Shown: positions 7,878 through 17,365, counted from the stretch's first letter. The stretch is DNA of 35,139 nt from Campylobacteraceae bacterium (GCA_031276365.1 JAISNG010000110.1:1-35139); one strand, 5' to 3'. The notes: generated from the sequence alone by a model not told the origin. Program-made: numbers and translations.

Positions 7878-10661
7878 TTAGTAAATTTGTCTTGCGAATA
7901 TGCGCATGTTGTTACCTATGCCTTGCCCGCAGACGATGTAAAACTTCTCGTCTGTAACGTTTGTAACGTAGCAGGTAAATGCGCAGTCTCCGCCGTAATT
8001 TATGAGGTTATGTATATCTACGCTTGCACCTGCGCTAAGCGTGCTTTCGTTAAAATAGCGCGCCTGCGATGTGCCGCTGTATTGATGCTCAAGGTGAGCG
8101 ACAAACGCCTTTGCATCGGATGCGGTGTTTAGCAGTCCAAAGACAAACTGCTGCGACGTACTCCCTTTTCGTAAAAAGAAACGTATGCCAGCAAGATTTA
8201 CCTCTATTTGCGCGCCTGTGGCAAGGTTCTTCCCATGCGCGCTTCTGCCCTTAAAATCGCTTGCACTTAAATCCTCAAATCTTAGATTTGTAATCGTGCT
8301 TTTTAACTCATTTATAGCACCAATAAGCGTTTTTGCCGCAGTTGCTAAAGAGCCGACCAAACCGCCGAACAGTGAATAAAGCGTTGAGGCAGGAGTAATA
8401 TCCGCCACTGTGCTTGAAGAGCTTGGAGCGTTTGCGCTTATCTGCGAGCTTTGCACCGCGCCGTTTATTTTTGCGCTAAGCGGCGGAGCTATCTCCTCTT
8501 CAGCAATTGGCTGTGCGGTAAAATCTCTTATTTCACTATTAACAAGCACAATAGGAAGCCAGCCGTATGTACCGTCTCCATCCGCGTCTCCCCACACATA
8601 AAGCCAAGTAGCAAGCGCGTGCAATTCGTCCTGCTCTACATAAGCGTAATCGTTCGGTTTTGGTTCGGTTATCGCGTTTAGCGTCGTTTTATCATAGGTA
8701 AGCGTCGTGTAATTCGCCGCAAACCCCGTTCCCACACCTGTTGTGGAAGTTACCACATCAAGCGCGCCCATATCGTAACTGCCGCCTGAGACTAAAACAA
8801 AGCTTGTAACTCCGCCCGAGCCGTTTACCTCAAGCACGCGGATAACTGCGGGCGTATGCTCCTTAGACGAGTGAATGTATATCAAGTCGCCGACAGCATA
8901 AAGCGTTCCTGCGGTATTCGGCGTTGCCGCGCTTATGCGAAACAGCTGCCCTTGAGAGATAAATGCGTTATTCACACTTCCTCTGTTCCGCCCGTTTTCG
9001 CTAAGAGCCGCAACGCGGGCGATTTCGCTCTCAATATCGCTAAGCACTGCTGGCAGAGGCTTATTGCGCGAGGTGTCATGTATTGCCTCGCTTGGGTGCT
9101 GATTGGCAAGCGTGCGCCCTGCAAGAGCTTCGTGCGTGTTATTACCAAAGTATTGTTCTCCTCCAACAAGCGCGCGTTTTGGGCTGCGGATTGAGACAAG
9201 TTTTATACCGTAGGGATTATCCCCATTTGCGATTGAAGTGTCGTATTGATAGATAATTTGCCACATTGCGATAATTTCGGGCATTGGAAGTCCGAGCGAT
9301 TTAAATTCGTCGTTTATGCACTCATCTTCGCTGTTATGCGCACGGTTTCCTTGTATAACTTTTATCGGGTAAAGTTTAGCGTTAGTAGAGCAAATCCAAT
9401 AGCTTATATACTGCCCATCCTCTAACTCCACCTGCGTATCTGCCGCGCCTGCGTTATTGTAGGTTGGTACGCCGTCTTGATTGATTTTAACGCTTAGATA
9501 TTCGCTCACAGCGTCGCTTGCCCAAACACCGAAGGCGTCTTGGTAAAGAACGGGAGCTTTCAGCGGGCGGAGCTTTTGTTCTAATATCTCTTCCGCAACG
9601 GCTGTGGCGTAAGGAGTTGCTGCATGGCGGATAGTAAACTCAAGCCCCTCGTCAGAAAGTCCTAAATCCGCCAAATGTATCTGCGGGTCGTCTTCTCCCG
9701 CAACGTGGTAATTCACGCTTCCGCCGTTTAACCACGTCGCGCCAAACTCGCGGTGATGGAGATAGTGGCTAATAGGATTGCGCGCGGCTTGATGGCGTTC
9801 GTCTGCTGCTAAAATATACTTTTCGGCGGAATTTGGATTAAAATAGACATACGCAACTATTATGTGATCTAAGCTGTCTGGATACTGCGCGCTGGCTAAT
9901 CCTGCGCCGTCATCTGTATAGATGATATACCTATTGCCTGTCCAATCTATCGTTATCTCATCTTCATACTTCGTAAAAATTTTGCCGTGGAATGCGATGT
10001 CAAATCCGCGCTCTGGATCTTTTGCCCTTATCGTCATTTTATAAGGGTCGCTTGAGAATATTATTTCGCACTGTTCACGGTCAATAAACCCCGTCCCAGC
10101 ACCCATAGTGTTTTGATAGGTGCTGAGGGCTTGGCGGGCTTGGGCTATCTCAGCTTCGTTTGCGGTTATACCCTCAAGAAGTACTCCCTCCTGTGCGCCC
10201 GCTCTCTCAACTTCGGCGTTCAAAGCCTCTGCGGAGGCAAACAAGCCTGAGGGAGGCGGCACAAGCGTTACGCTCTCCGTACTTCCTACAAGCATCATAA
10301 CTTTTATTTTTAGGTCTGTCGCGCTGCCCTCCGCCATTGTCTCTTTATACTGCTCGGGATAATTTCCGACAGCGATAAGGTTGTTGTCAGTGTCATATAC
10401 ACCAATCTCCCTTATATAAAAGCCTCCGACATCAAGGGGGATATACCCTTCCGCAACCGCAACGGAGTTATTCGTCGGGTGGCGGTAAAGCGCGCTGATG
10501 GAGGTGCGGTAAACTTCGTTTGTTATGTTTGTCATGCTTGGATTTGGCGTAATTTCGCCGTCGCCAAGCGCAATAGAGGATAGTTGCAACTGCCCCTGAT
10601 TCGCCGTCATTTCGGCTATCTTTTGCTGTCCGATTGTGGTTAGTATCATCTCATAGCTCAT
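7878..10661 (-). CDS. Tail fibre protein 2 (long; P2 gpH-type N-terminal domain)
   Basis: 927 aa. The N-terminal ~140 aa (ILTTIGQQKIA...ALGDG...GGFYIREIGVYD..NLIAVGNYP) is the fibre baseplate-attachment domain. It is paralogous to the N-terminus of the 11136-12605 product. Confidence 0.8.
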   Translation of the reverse strand: MSYEMILTTIGQQKIAEMTANQGQLQLSSIALGDGEITPNPSMTNITNEVYRTSISALYRHPTNNSVAVAEGYIPLDVGGFYIREIGVYDTDNNLIAVGNYPEQYKETMAEGSATDLKIKVMMLVGSTESVTLVPPPSGLFASAEALNAEVERAGAQEGVLLEGITANEAEIAQARQALSTYQNTMGAGTGFIDREQCEIIFSSDPYKMTIRAKDPERGFDIAFHGKIFTKYEDEITIDWTGNRYIIYTDDGAGLASAQYPDSLDHIIVAYVYFNPNSAEKYILAADERHQAARNPISHYLHHREFGATWLNGGSVNYHVAGEDDPQIHLADLGLSDEGLEFTIRHAATPYATAVAEEILEQKLRPLKAPVLYQDAFGVWASDAVSEYLSVKINQDGVPTYNNAGAADTQVELEDGQYISYWICSTNAKLYPIKVIQGNRAHNSEDECINDEFKSLGLPMPEIIAMWQIIYQYDTSIANGDNPYGIKLVSIRSPKRALVGGEQYFGNNTHEALAGRTLANQHPSEAIHDTSRNKPLPAVLSDIESEIARVAALSENGRNRGSVNNAFISQGQLFRISAATPNTAGTLYAVGDLIYIHSSKEHTPAVIRVLEVNGSGGVTSFVLVSGGSYDMGALDVVTSTTGVGTGFAANYTTLTYDKTTLNAITEPKPNDYAYVEQDELHALATWLYVWGDADGDGTYGWLPIVLVNSEIRDFTAQPIAEEEIAPPLSAKINGAVQSSQISANAPSSSSTVADITPASTLYSLFGGLVGSLATAAKTLIGAINELKSTITNLRFEDLSASDFKGRSAHGKNLATGAQIEVNLAGIRFFLRKGSTSQQFVFGLLNTASDAKAFVAHLEHQYSGTSQARYFNESTLSAGASVDIHNLINYGGDCAFTCYVTNVTDEKFYIVCGQGIGNNMRIFARQIY

Positions 10662-11136
10662 TATTCTCTCCCCAAATTATTTTTTCCAAATGTTTTTTTG
10701 ACGCGCTTTTTTCTATCTCTTGGTATAAAGCATTTCGTTTTTTCAGCAGGGCTTGAAAATTCGCGCCTATCGCGTAAATAAGCTCTTGCGCCTGCCTCAA
10801 ATCGTACTCATGTTCCACCGCGTGAAAGTCGTAATAGACGACTTTGGCGAGGCCGCCGCTTTTCGCAAGATTAAGCGCGTAATCAAGCTTAACTATCGTA
10901 TCAAAGTCGCAGTGCCACTCTATGCCTCCGATAACCAATGAACCATTTATCTGTGCGTCGTGTGCCGCTTTTATCTCCGCGTGCTTTGCCGCTTTTAGTT
11001 CGTTTATGTTTTGCGCAGGCGTGCTTAGAACAAGCTCTCCGTTTTTTATATTAAGCGTTTTACCGCTTGCATTTGCTTCCGCCGCTTTTGCCGCGTATTC
11101 AAGCGGGTATGCGGCTGCGTATTCGTGTAGCGTCAT
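10651..11136 (-). CDS. DUF4376-like protein, putative tail fibre assembly/chaperone
   Basis: 161 aa, immediately downstream of fibre gene 1 (TAATG overlap). The pattern KAAKHAEIKAAHDA...GGIEWHCDFD...L resembles DUF4376 domains found in fibre-assembly proteins. Confidence 0.45.
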   Translation of the reverse strand: MTLHEYAAAYPLEYAAKAAEANASGKTLNIKNGELVLSTPAQNINELKAAKHAEIKAAHDAQINGSLVIGGIEWHCDFDTIVKLDYALNLAKSGGLAKVVYYDFHAVEHEYDLRQAQELIYAIGANFQALLKKRNALYQEIEKSASKKHLEKIIWGENNEL

Positions 11137-12605
11137 TATGCGTACCTCCCTATGACTAAAAATCCGACATCTGAGGTAAAGCGCCCCTCAAAGCTCACGC
11201 TTGACGCGCTCTTGCTATAAACCATGAGGGTGTTCCATGTGTCGTCTCCTGCGCTTGCATTCTTATGGAGAAAAGCAACAAAATTACTATCAACAAAAGG
11301 CGTGGGAAATGTAATACTCCGCGCTTGCCACGCGTTTATGTAAGAAAAGGAGACTACGCCGCCTTGTTCCAACCGCCCGCTTTTATACTTTCTATACCAT
11401 AGTTTTTTATCATCGCTCTCCCAGCGCTCAATCACGAAGTCAACGTCCGCGCTGATATTGGAAAGGTCAATATTCGCCTTTGCGTTAAGCGCGTCTAAAA
11501 AGCCGTTCCACACGGCTGTTGCGTCGCCCTCAAGAGTATCGGCAAGATGCATGATAAGCGGGTATCTCATCTGTTTATTTCGCGTTTCAGTACTGCTTTG
11601 CTTAACTTCTTTACTTGTTATTAACCTGTAGTAGTCGCTCACGGAAGTCGGCCATTCGCCGCTATTTACGCTACCGCCGTTACTGCCGTTCCAATATGTT
11701 TTTTTAGCATTTATGTCTGCTGGCTTGTAGTTAGCAGGGGAAAAATTCGTCGCGGTAGATAAAAAATTTCCGTTATTATCCGAATAACTCCCAAATAAAT
11801 GAAAATGCTCGCCAAAATTATCCTTGTAGTATTTGCCATTTTCTGCAGCATCCAAAGCCTGCGTAAGCGCGTTTCCGCTCATAATTGTGGGGACGCGGAA
11901 GCGTTCGTTTTCTAAATCAAGGGCGAAAAAACCGACGCTGCCGTCTGTATATTTTGTTCCGTTCAGATAGTCTGCAAACGTTGTGGTCGGGAAAACTCCC
12001 GCGATAAGCTTTTCCCATAGTGCTGGAAATAGCTGTTTTGTGTAGGTTGCGCCGTCAAGCCTTACCCAGCCTAAAGGAACATCACGTCCTGCATAAAAAC
12101 TTACAGCTCCGATGGGGATAGTACTGCCGCCCTTTTCTTTCAGCGTCGCCTCTACCCACTCTTGGGTGGCTAAAATTTGCGAAGTATCCGTAACAAGCGT
12201 TACAACAGCAGCGTCCCCCACTTCCATCACGGCTTTAATCTTAAATTCGGAAGAGATACCGATAGATGCTGCAGGCTTATAGGTTGCGGGATAGTTACCC
12301 ACAGCTATCAAATCGCCCTCATCGTCGTATATGCCTATCTCGCGCACCCACCATCCGCCGATGTCTTTTGGGACGTAAGCCTCGCAGACGATTTGATTTT
12401 GGATGTCTGGGTGGATAGAGACATTATTAAGCGGCGCGCGCCATTTAAGATTAAAAAGCGATGTCTGCGCTGCGCTCGGGCTTATCTCTGCTCCGCCGCC
12501 GTCTCCTAAAGCCATCTCATACGGTTTTATTTTCGCACTGTTCGCGATTGCTGCGGCAACTTTTGCTTTTCCGATATTCGTAAGAATTATTTTATAATCT
12601 TCCAT
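11136..12605 (-). CDS. Tail fibre protein 1 (gpH-type N-domain plus tail-collar-like domain)
   Basis: Start taken at MEDYKIILTNIGK (ATG 12605-12603, RBS GGGGAG), 4 nt after the gpI stop. It has the N-terminal fibre domain, then PIGAVSFYAGRDVPLGWVRLDGATYTKQLFPALWEKL, which is typical of phage tail collar domains. Confidence 0.8.
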   Translation of the reverse strand: MEDYKIILTNIGKAKVAAAIANSAKIKPYEMALGDGGGAEISPSAAQTSLFNLKWRAPLNNVSIHPDIQNQIVCEAYVPKDIGGWWVREIGIYDDEGDLIAVGNYPATYKPAASIGISSEFKIKAVMEVGDAAVVTLVTDTSQILATQEWVEATLKEKGGSTIPIGAVSFYAGRDVPLGWVRLDGATYTKQLFPALWEKLIAGVFPTTTFADYLNGTKYTDGSVGFFALDLENERFRVPTIMSGNALTQALDAAENGKYYKDNFGEHFHLFGSYSDNNGNFLSTATNFSPANYKPADINAKKTYWNGSNGGSVNSGEWPTSVSDYYRLITSKEVKQSSTETRNKQMRYPLIMHLADTLEGDATAVWNGFLDALNAKANIDLSNISADVDFVIERWESDDKKLWYRKYKSGRLEQGGVVSFSYINAWQARSITFPTPFVDSNFVAFLHKNASAGDDTWNTLMVYSKSASSVSFEGRFTSDVGFLVIGRYA

Positions 12606-12609
12606 TTTT

Positions 12610-13299
12610 TTATGCTCCCCATGCGATAGATACTTGGCTTTCATTAATGACCGCGCAAGCGGCAAAAACAGTTATGTTCACTTCATTCACGGGCGCGGAT
12701 TTTGGAGATATTTCGGTTTGCTTCACATTGTAAGGCGCAATACCGTAATTTATCATGCCCATTATTTCAACCCCGTCTGGTACAGAAGCATTGATGGTTA
12801 TCTCATCAGCTTTCTCCGCCCCCAGCGCTAAGCGTATATCGCCTTTGATGTCCAAACTTAATATTACGCTCTCTAAAATAGAGCGCGCGTTTTTATATCT
12901 GCTCGCCGTTTTTACAAGGCGGTTTACTAAATCCTCTGCCGCATTCCCTGTAAGTTTTGCAAAAACGCGGAAATGGTACGGTTCGCCGCCGTATTCCATC
13001 CACTCCTCAGCCCCTGCGTCTTCAAAAGTTATCGCAAGCGCGCGTTTAAGCGCGTACGGCGTGCCTGCGTAAAGATGGATTTGAAAAGCGTCCTGCAAAA
13101 GCTCTCTTGCTTTTCCCTCATCAAGCCCGCTTATATCCACATCAAGGCTTTGCGCCAAATGCGGTAAAATCTCGCTTGGGCAGGTTAATGGCAGGATAGA
13201 TATAACGCTTATATCAAGAGCTTCAAACCGCTCGCCTGAGAGCATATCTAAGGCTTTTTGTACCGCCGTTTTGTGTGCGGGCAGTAATGTCTTTACCAT
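12610..13299 (-). CDS. gpI: Baseplate/tail protein I (P2 gpI-like)
   Basis: 229 aa. LLPAHKTAVQKALD...ILPHLAQSLDVD is characteristic of phage tail protein I. It follows gpJ. Confidence 0.8.
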   Translation of the reverse strand: MVKTLLPAHKTAVQKALDMLSGERFEALDISVISILPLTCPSEILPHLAQSLDVDISGLDEGKARELLQDAFQIHLYAGTPYALKRALAITFEDAGAEEWMEYGGEPYHFRVFAKLTGNAAEDLVNRLVKTASRYKNARSILESVILSLDIKGDIRLALGAEKADEITINASVPDGVEIMGMINYGIAPYNVKQTEISPKSAPVNEVNITVFAACAVINESQVSIAWGA

Positions 13300-14390
13300 T
13301 GCGCCGCCTCGTATTGTAGGTTCAATGATGTTATTTCATAGAATTCGCTCGCTTGCGCGATTTGGTTTTCTATAGGCGTGGTGATAGTAACCCTATACAC
13401 GCCCTCTTGGTGCAATGTTTTATACAGATAAGACAAATTTACATCTTCGCCAAGCGCAAATCTTGTTTTTGTCGCTTTTATTTTCGCGTCAATTTCGCTT
13501 TGGCGAGATAAATCAAGGAGTTCTATCGTTGCGTTCACCTCAAGGCTTTTTGCCTCTGCCATCTCTACGCTTACAAGGTCGGTTAGAGGTCTTACGTCCT
13601 GTCCGTTGAGAACCTCCAGCACTTTGTCGGCAATATCCACATTGTTTAACGTTTTTATGTATACAATTACTTCGCCCGCCGCGTGTTCGCTCGCCACAGC
13701 CGCCTCTTCCACGCGTCCATCGCTGCTCAACGCCCAATATTGGTATGCGCGCCCGCTTCCTGCAGTGCTGAACCTATCAAGGCCAAGAATAGCCCGCTCT
13801 CTGAATGCTTCGTCGCTCTCTGCGTCCGCGCCGTTTGTATACTTTGTTGTCTGTTCTGCCTTGATTACGAAAGGTAGAGGGTTTTGGATATACTCTGTCT
13901 TTACGCTGCTCTCTTTTATATACTCGTCAAGTTCTAAAGTGCCGAATGCTTCGCTTGTCCCTGCTTCTATCGTTACGCCGTTTGCACTGTTGCCGCCGAT
14001 TAACCTCGCAATATCGCCTTTATCTGAGCGGAATATCGCGCCAAGCGGGACTGTAACGTCTACGCTTAGCACGGCTGAGAGTGTAAATTTAACCGTTGCT
14101 GTCGGTTTTACGCCTTGTATTCGCTCTACGCCGTAGAGCGCAACGATATTGTCCAAGTCTGCGCCGTTTGCGTATGGTATCAGCATGCTTAATATGCTGT
14201 CGTTTATCCTTGCTCTTAAAAGCATTTCGCGATATGCAATAGCTTCTATAATTGCACTGTATGCGTCGCTCTCAAGCAGTTCGTAATCGGGAATTTTATC
14301 GGTAAACAGCTCTTTTATTTCGTTTTTTATGTCGTTATAGTTTAGATTTTCAATCACAGCTGGATAAGGTAAATTGGATAAGAAGCTCAT
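13293..14390 (-). CDS. gpJ: Baseplate J-like protein
   Basis: 365 aa, in the W-J-I order of P2. Its start overlaps the gpW stop. Confidence 0.85.
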   Translation of the reverse strand: MSFLSNLPYPAVIENLNYNDIKNEIKELFTDKIPDYELLESDAYSAIIEAIAYREMLLRARINDSILSMLIPYANGADLDNIVALYGVERIQGVKPTATVKFTLSAVLSVDVTVPLGAIFRSDKGDIARLIGGNSANGVTIEAGTSEAFGTLELDEYIKESSVKTEYIQNPLPFVIKAEQTTKYTNGADAESDEAFRERAILGLDRFSTAGSGRAYQYWALSSDGRVEEAAVASEHAAGEVIVYIKTLNNVDIADKVLEVLNGQDVRPLTDLVSVEMAEAKSLEVNATIELLDLSRQSEIDAKIKATKTRFALGEDVNLSYLYKTLHQEGVYRVTITTPIENQIAQASEFYEITSLNLQYEAAQW

Positions 14391-14668
14391 ACCGTTGCCT
14401 CCACAGTTTCGTTATTGTCCAAAACAAGCGCGATGTTTAGCTTGCCCTCTATTAGGCTTTTTAGCCTCACTTCGCTTATTTTTACGCGCGGCTCCCATCT
14501 CTCTATCGCCTCAAACGCATAAGTCGTAAGGTCTGCGCGGAATTCATCGTCTATTTTCCTGTCCACCAACTCAAACAAGCGGCTGCCGTATTCGGGCAGC
14601 ATAACGCGGCTTCCAAGCGGCGTTATAAGAATATCTTTGATGCTCTCTTGCACGGATACGTAATACAT
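14387..14668 (-). CDS. gpW: Baseplate wedge protein gpW/gp25 family
   Basis: 93 aa. SIKDILITPLGSRVMLPEYGSRLFELVD is the GPW_gp25 signature. Confidence 0.85.
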   Translation of the reverse strand: MYYVSVQESIKDILITPLGSRVMLPEYGSRLFELVDRKIDDEFRADLTTYAFEAIERWEPRVKISEVRLKSLIEGKLNIALVLDNNETVEATV

Positions 14669-15360
14669 TAGTCTCCGCCTCCGCCGCTGTTATCCTGCGT
14701 CCTAATAGCTCCGAATTTATCATAGAGCAGTCCGCCGCTTGCCTTAACGTCGCCTGTAACGTCAAGAGGTCTATCAATCTTAAACTTTCCGCCCTCAGCT
14801 TTCATAACCGAACCGCCTGCTCCGCCGACCGTTACAGTATTACCGACAACTCCTGTTGCCGTTACGATGCCATCTACCGTTACATTGCCTTTTACGCTTG
14901 TTTCAGGGCAGGTAATCTCCGCTGTGCCTGCTTTTGCGCTTATATTTTGTGCCTCAACTATTGCGCTTTTTGCAACAGTTATATTAGCGCTGCCCTCGAT
15001 GTTTATCTTTACATCGCCCGCAAATGCGGCGGTGAGTGTTTTGGTTTTTGTATCATAGGAGATAACTGTGCCGTCTGCATACTCAATTATCTCTTTACTT
15101 TCTGATGCGTCTTTAGGGACAGGAAATTTTATATAATTCAATCCTCTTAAAATAACTCCGCTGTTAATATCATTTTCGGTACTTAATACAATTACCTGCT
15201 CTAACACTTGGGCAGGAATGAAATGTATTTTATAACTGTTTGCAGCAAGCTGCAATATATGCAAAAAATCTGTAACAAGTCCGCCCGCTATTTGTACTCT
15301 CGCTTTTGTCTGATTGGCAGATACTTCGCTTATCAGCCCCGCTTCAATTAAAAAATTCAT
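14668..15360 (-). CDS. gpV: Baseplate assembly protein V / central spike
   Basis: 230 aa with an OB-fold-like N-terminus (GLISEVSANQTKARVQI..G), a beta-helical repeat region and a Gly-rich C-terminus. It sits upstream of W. Confidence 0.8.
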   Translation of the reverse strand: MNFLIEAGLISEVSANQTKARVQIAGGLVTDFLHILQLAANSYKIHFIPAQVLEQVIVLSTENDINSGVILRGLNYIKFPVPKDASESKEIIEYADGTVISYDTKTKTLTAAFAGDVKINIEGSANITVAKSAIVEAQNISAKAGTAEITCPETSVKGNVTVDGIVTATGVVGNTVTVGGAGGSVMKAEGGKFKIDRPLDVTGDVKASGGLLYDKFGAIRTQDNSGGGGD

Positions 15361-15665
15361 TTTGTCTTACCTTTTGTCATAAGACTTATAAAAATATTTC
15401 CCAAAACCACAAGCGCGTCTGTGCCAAGATAGCTTGCTATGCCTGCACACGCGATAGAAAATCTCTCCGTACTAAAAAAATAGTAAGTCATCTCAAATGT
15501 TATATAAGCAACAAACACTGACGCCAGTGTTCCTGCTGCGATTTTTTTACTTTTGGTTTTTTTATCAAGACCGTTAAAATTGGCTTTTGTGCTTAGTCCC
15601 ACAATCGCGCCTAAGAGCGCAACAATCACAAGCCATAACCATAAGTAAATTTTTTCCAAGCTCAT
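15357..15665 (-). CDS. Holin-like membrane protein
   Basis: About 3 TM helices and a basic C-terminus (MTKGKTK). It is the last gene of the lysis cassette. Start taken at MSLEKIY (ATGA overlap with the upstream stop); the maximal ORF starts at 15680. Confidence 0.5.
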   Translation of the reverse strand: MSLEKIYLWLWLVIVALLGAIVGLSTKANFNGLDKKTKSKKIAAGTLASVFVAYITFEMTYYFFSTERFSIACAGIASYLGTDALVVLGNIFISLMTKGKTK

Positions 15666-15970
15666 TTTTCGCCTTTGCATGCTTTTAGTGTGTTTTCCAA
15701 ATCTTCCGCGTAAACATATATGTTTATTTCGTCTCGGACAATATCGCTGCTATAAGGAGCTAAAATCGGGGAAGCTATACCGCAAGCCACAGGCGTTTTA
15801 ACCTCTACCGTCTTAACAACCTCCACATACTCTTTTCCCGCGCATCCTGCAAAAAACAATGTAAGCAGCGCATAAACAAACAAGGAGACAAACATCATAA
15901 ACCCCGCACAAACGATATGCTTAGTCATTTTGCTTAGCAGACTTGGTTTTTTTATGCGCTTTGCTTTCAT
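15662..15970 (-). CDS. Lipoprotein, o-spanin-like (Rz1-type)
   Basis: 102 aa. Signal peptide ending in the lipobox LFFAG|C. It is adjacent to the i-spanin-like gene. Confidence 0.55.
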   Translation of the reverse strand: MKAKRIKKPSLLSKMTKHIVCAGFMMFVSLFVYALLTLFFAGCAGKEYVEVVKTVEVKTPVACGIASPILAPYSSDIVRDEINIYVYAEDLENTLKACKGEK

Positions 15971-16023
15971 GTTTTGCTTCTTTGATTTTTTTTCTCAATA
16001 TACTGTTTGGTGTGATGTTTGGA

Positions 16024-16395
16024 TTAGGTCTCATTGTTCCGCTCCTTAAAGAATTTTTTATGCAGCTCATCTATCAAAAACAACTTTTCTTCGCACGTTT
16101 TAGCCTCTTTTAACTCTTTTTCCCATTTTTTCGCACTGTTTTTATGCTCGTTTATGAGCAAATTAACCGCTCTTTCGGTGTCTATTTTTATTTTTTCTAT
16201 TGCTTCGTTTTGGATATTAAGTTCGCGCAAAAGCAGATTCGTTTTCTGCTCTGAAAGCGCTTTCGCCTGCACGGACGCATTTAACTCTGCGCCCAAAAAT
16301 TGAATTTTTTGATTTTTCGTGTATATGATAAACGCGCAAAAAAAGAGCGCTGTAAGTGCGCTAAAAAGTACTATTTGATAGATTCTGCTTGTCAT
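16024..16395 (-). CDS. i-spanin-like (Rz-type) protein
   Basis: 123 aa with an N-terminal TM helix, then a long charged coiled coil. It is directly downstream of the endolysin gene. Confidence 0.55.
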   Translation of the reverse strand: MTSRIYQIVLFSALTALFFCAFIIYTKNQKIQFLGAELNASVQAKALSEQKTNLLLRELNIQNEAIEKIKIDTERAVNLLINEHKNSAKKWEKELKEAKTCEEKLFLIDELHKKFFKERNNET

Positions 16396-16398
16396 CTT

Positions 16399-16839
16399 TT
16401 ACCCCAGCTGCATAATCATCGCAAGCTCTTCGGCGCGTTTGGGACTGTCTTTTTGCGCCCATTTGCTCTTTAGCATCTCATACGCCGCTTCTTTATACTC
16501 GCCTTTTTCAAGCGCTTTCCACATACGCGCAAATCCTAAAAGCCCCCCCACTCCAAGTTGATAAGACATATTATAAATAACCCTTTTTCTATTTTCGCTC
16601 ATTGTTTTTATAAAAGGCTTTTTAACGTTCAATTCGCTCATTGCACATTCCAAACGATTTTTAAGGAGAAATTCCGCTTCGTTTTCAGTTATTTTATTTT
16701 CATTTTTTACCAACTCCTTCTCAAAATCGCTTAACGGCAGTTTTGTGCCGTAACCTATAGTCTTAAAACCGTTTGTGTCGTTATAAGCCGTAAGCCGTAA
16801 ACCTTCATGTCTTTTTATCATTCTTATAAGCTCAAACAT
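16399..16839 (-). CDS. Endolysin, T4-lysozyme-like (GH24)
   Basis: MFELIRMIKRHEGLRLTAYNDTNGFKTIGYG aligns with the T4 lysozyme N-terminus ([30 protein letters not shown]), including the catalytic Glu, Asp and Thr positions. GGGAGA precedes this ATG. The maximal ORF starts at 16851. Confidence 0.9.
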   Translation of the reverse strand: MFELIRMIKRHEGLRLTAYNDTNGFKTIGYGTKLPLSDFEKELVKNENKITENEAEFLLKNRLECAMSELNVKKPFIKTMSENRKRVIYNMSYQLGVGGLLGFARMWKALEKGEYKEAAYEMLKSKWAQKDSPKRAEELAMIMQLG

Positions 16840-17249
16840 CACATCTCCCATTTTTCAGCTGCGTATTTGAATAATACTTTAAGCCGTGCGCCCGCATAAA
16901 AGTTGGTATCTTGCGCGCTTATCATCTCATCACCGCTAAATTCGCGGTAACACACAATATCTTCCTCATCGTCTTTTTCCTCAAGCGACTTTAAAACTTT
17001 CAACATAAAAACGCGCAAATCCTGCATGCTTGTATCGCCCGCGCTTACCACGATGTCTATCTCTATATTTAAATTGTGAATCGTTGAACCGCTTGTGTCG
17101 TTGTTTGCATTATCGGCAACATCGCGAATAATGACTGCTGGCAGCTCTTCGCGGTTAAGATTTATCGCCGTCCATTCATAGACATTATTGATACCATCAA
17201 TTGCCGATAGTCTCGTTTTAATCGCATCAATAATATCTTGGCGTCTCAT
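16839..17249 (-). CDS. Head-tail connector / tail completion protein (family not resolved)
   Basis: About 136 aa, between the connector genes and the lysis cassette. Start taken at MRRQDIID (ATGA overlap with the upstream small ORF). An alternative ATG is at 17264. Confidence 0.45.
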   Translation of the reverse strand: MRRQDIIDAIKTRLSAIDGINNVYEWTAINLNREELPAVIIRDVADNANNDTSGSTIHNLNIEIDIVVSAGDTSMQDLRVFMLKVLKSLEEKDDEEDIVCYREFSGDEMISAQDTNFYAGARLKVLFKYAAEKWEM

Positions 17250-17365
17250 TTCTTTACTCTGCATCTTTGGAGATGTGGATTTCCGCCTGCCCCGCGATGA
17301 CGCAGTATCGCTTGCGCGGGAATGACGGAAAGGGCGAGGATTTGCGCATTCTTTTGCAACGTCAT
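17246..17365 (-). CDS. Small ORF (39 aa), translationally coupled at both ends
   Basis: MTLQKNAQILALSVIPAQAILRHRGAGGNPHLQRCRVKK. Its ATG overlaps the TGA of the 106-aa gene, and its TGA overlaps the ATG of MRRQD. It fills an otherwise unexplained ~100-nt GC-rich gap. Confidence 0.3.
   Translation of the reverse strand: MTLQKNAQILALSVIPAQAILRHRGAGGNPHLQRCRVKK

Noticed and set aside
7535-8379. Overlapping ORFs 7535-7822, 7605-7829, 7767-8132, 8069-8254 and 8125-8379
   Set aside because: They overlap the DUF1353 and fibre genes in other frames or on the other strand. They have no independent support.
7878-12605. Possibility of a diversity-generating retroelement or an invertible (Gin/Cin-type) fibre-switching segment
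   Set aside because: No reverse transcriptase, template/variable repeat pair, invertase gene or flanking inverted crossover sites were seen. The two fibre genes are co-oriented and complete.
13606-14136. 176-aa plus-strand ORF (and neighbours 13415-13609, 13683-13877, 13540-13737) within the baseplate J gene
   Set aside because: These are shadow ORFs overlapping a well-supported baseplate J gene. They have no start context or recognisable features.
14571-14777. 68-aa minus-strand ORF overlapping the gpV/gpW junction
   Set aside because: It is an out-of-frame overlap with two well-supported baseplate genes and has an Arg-rich, nonsense-like sequence.
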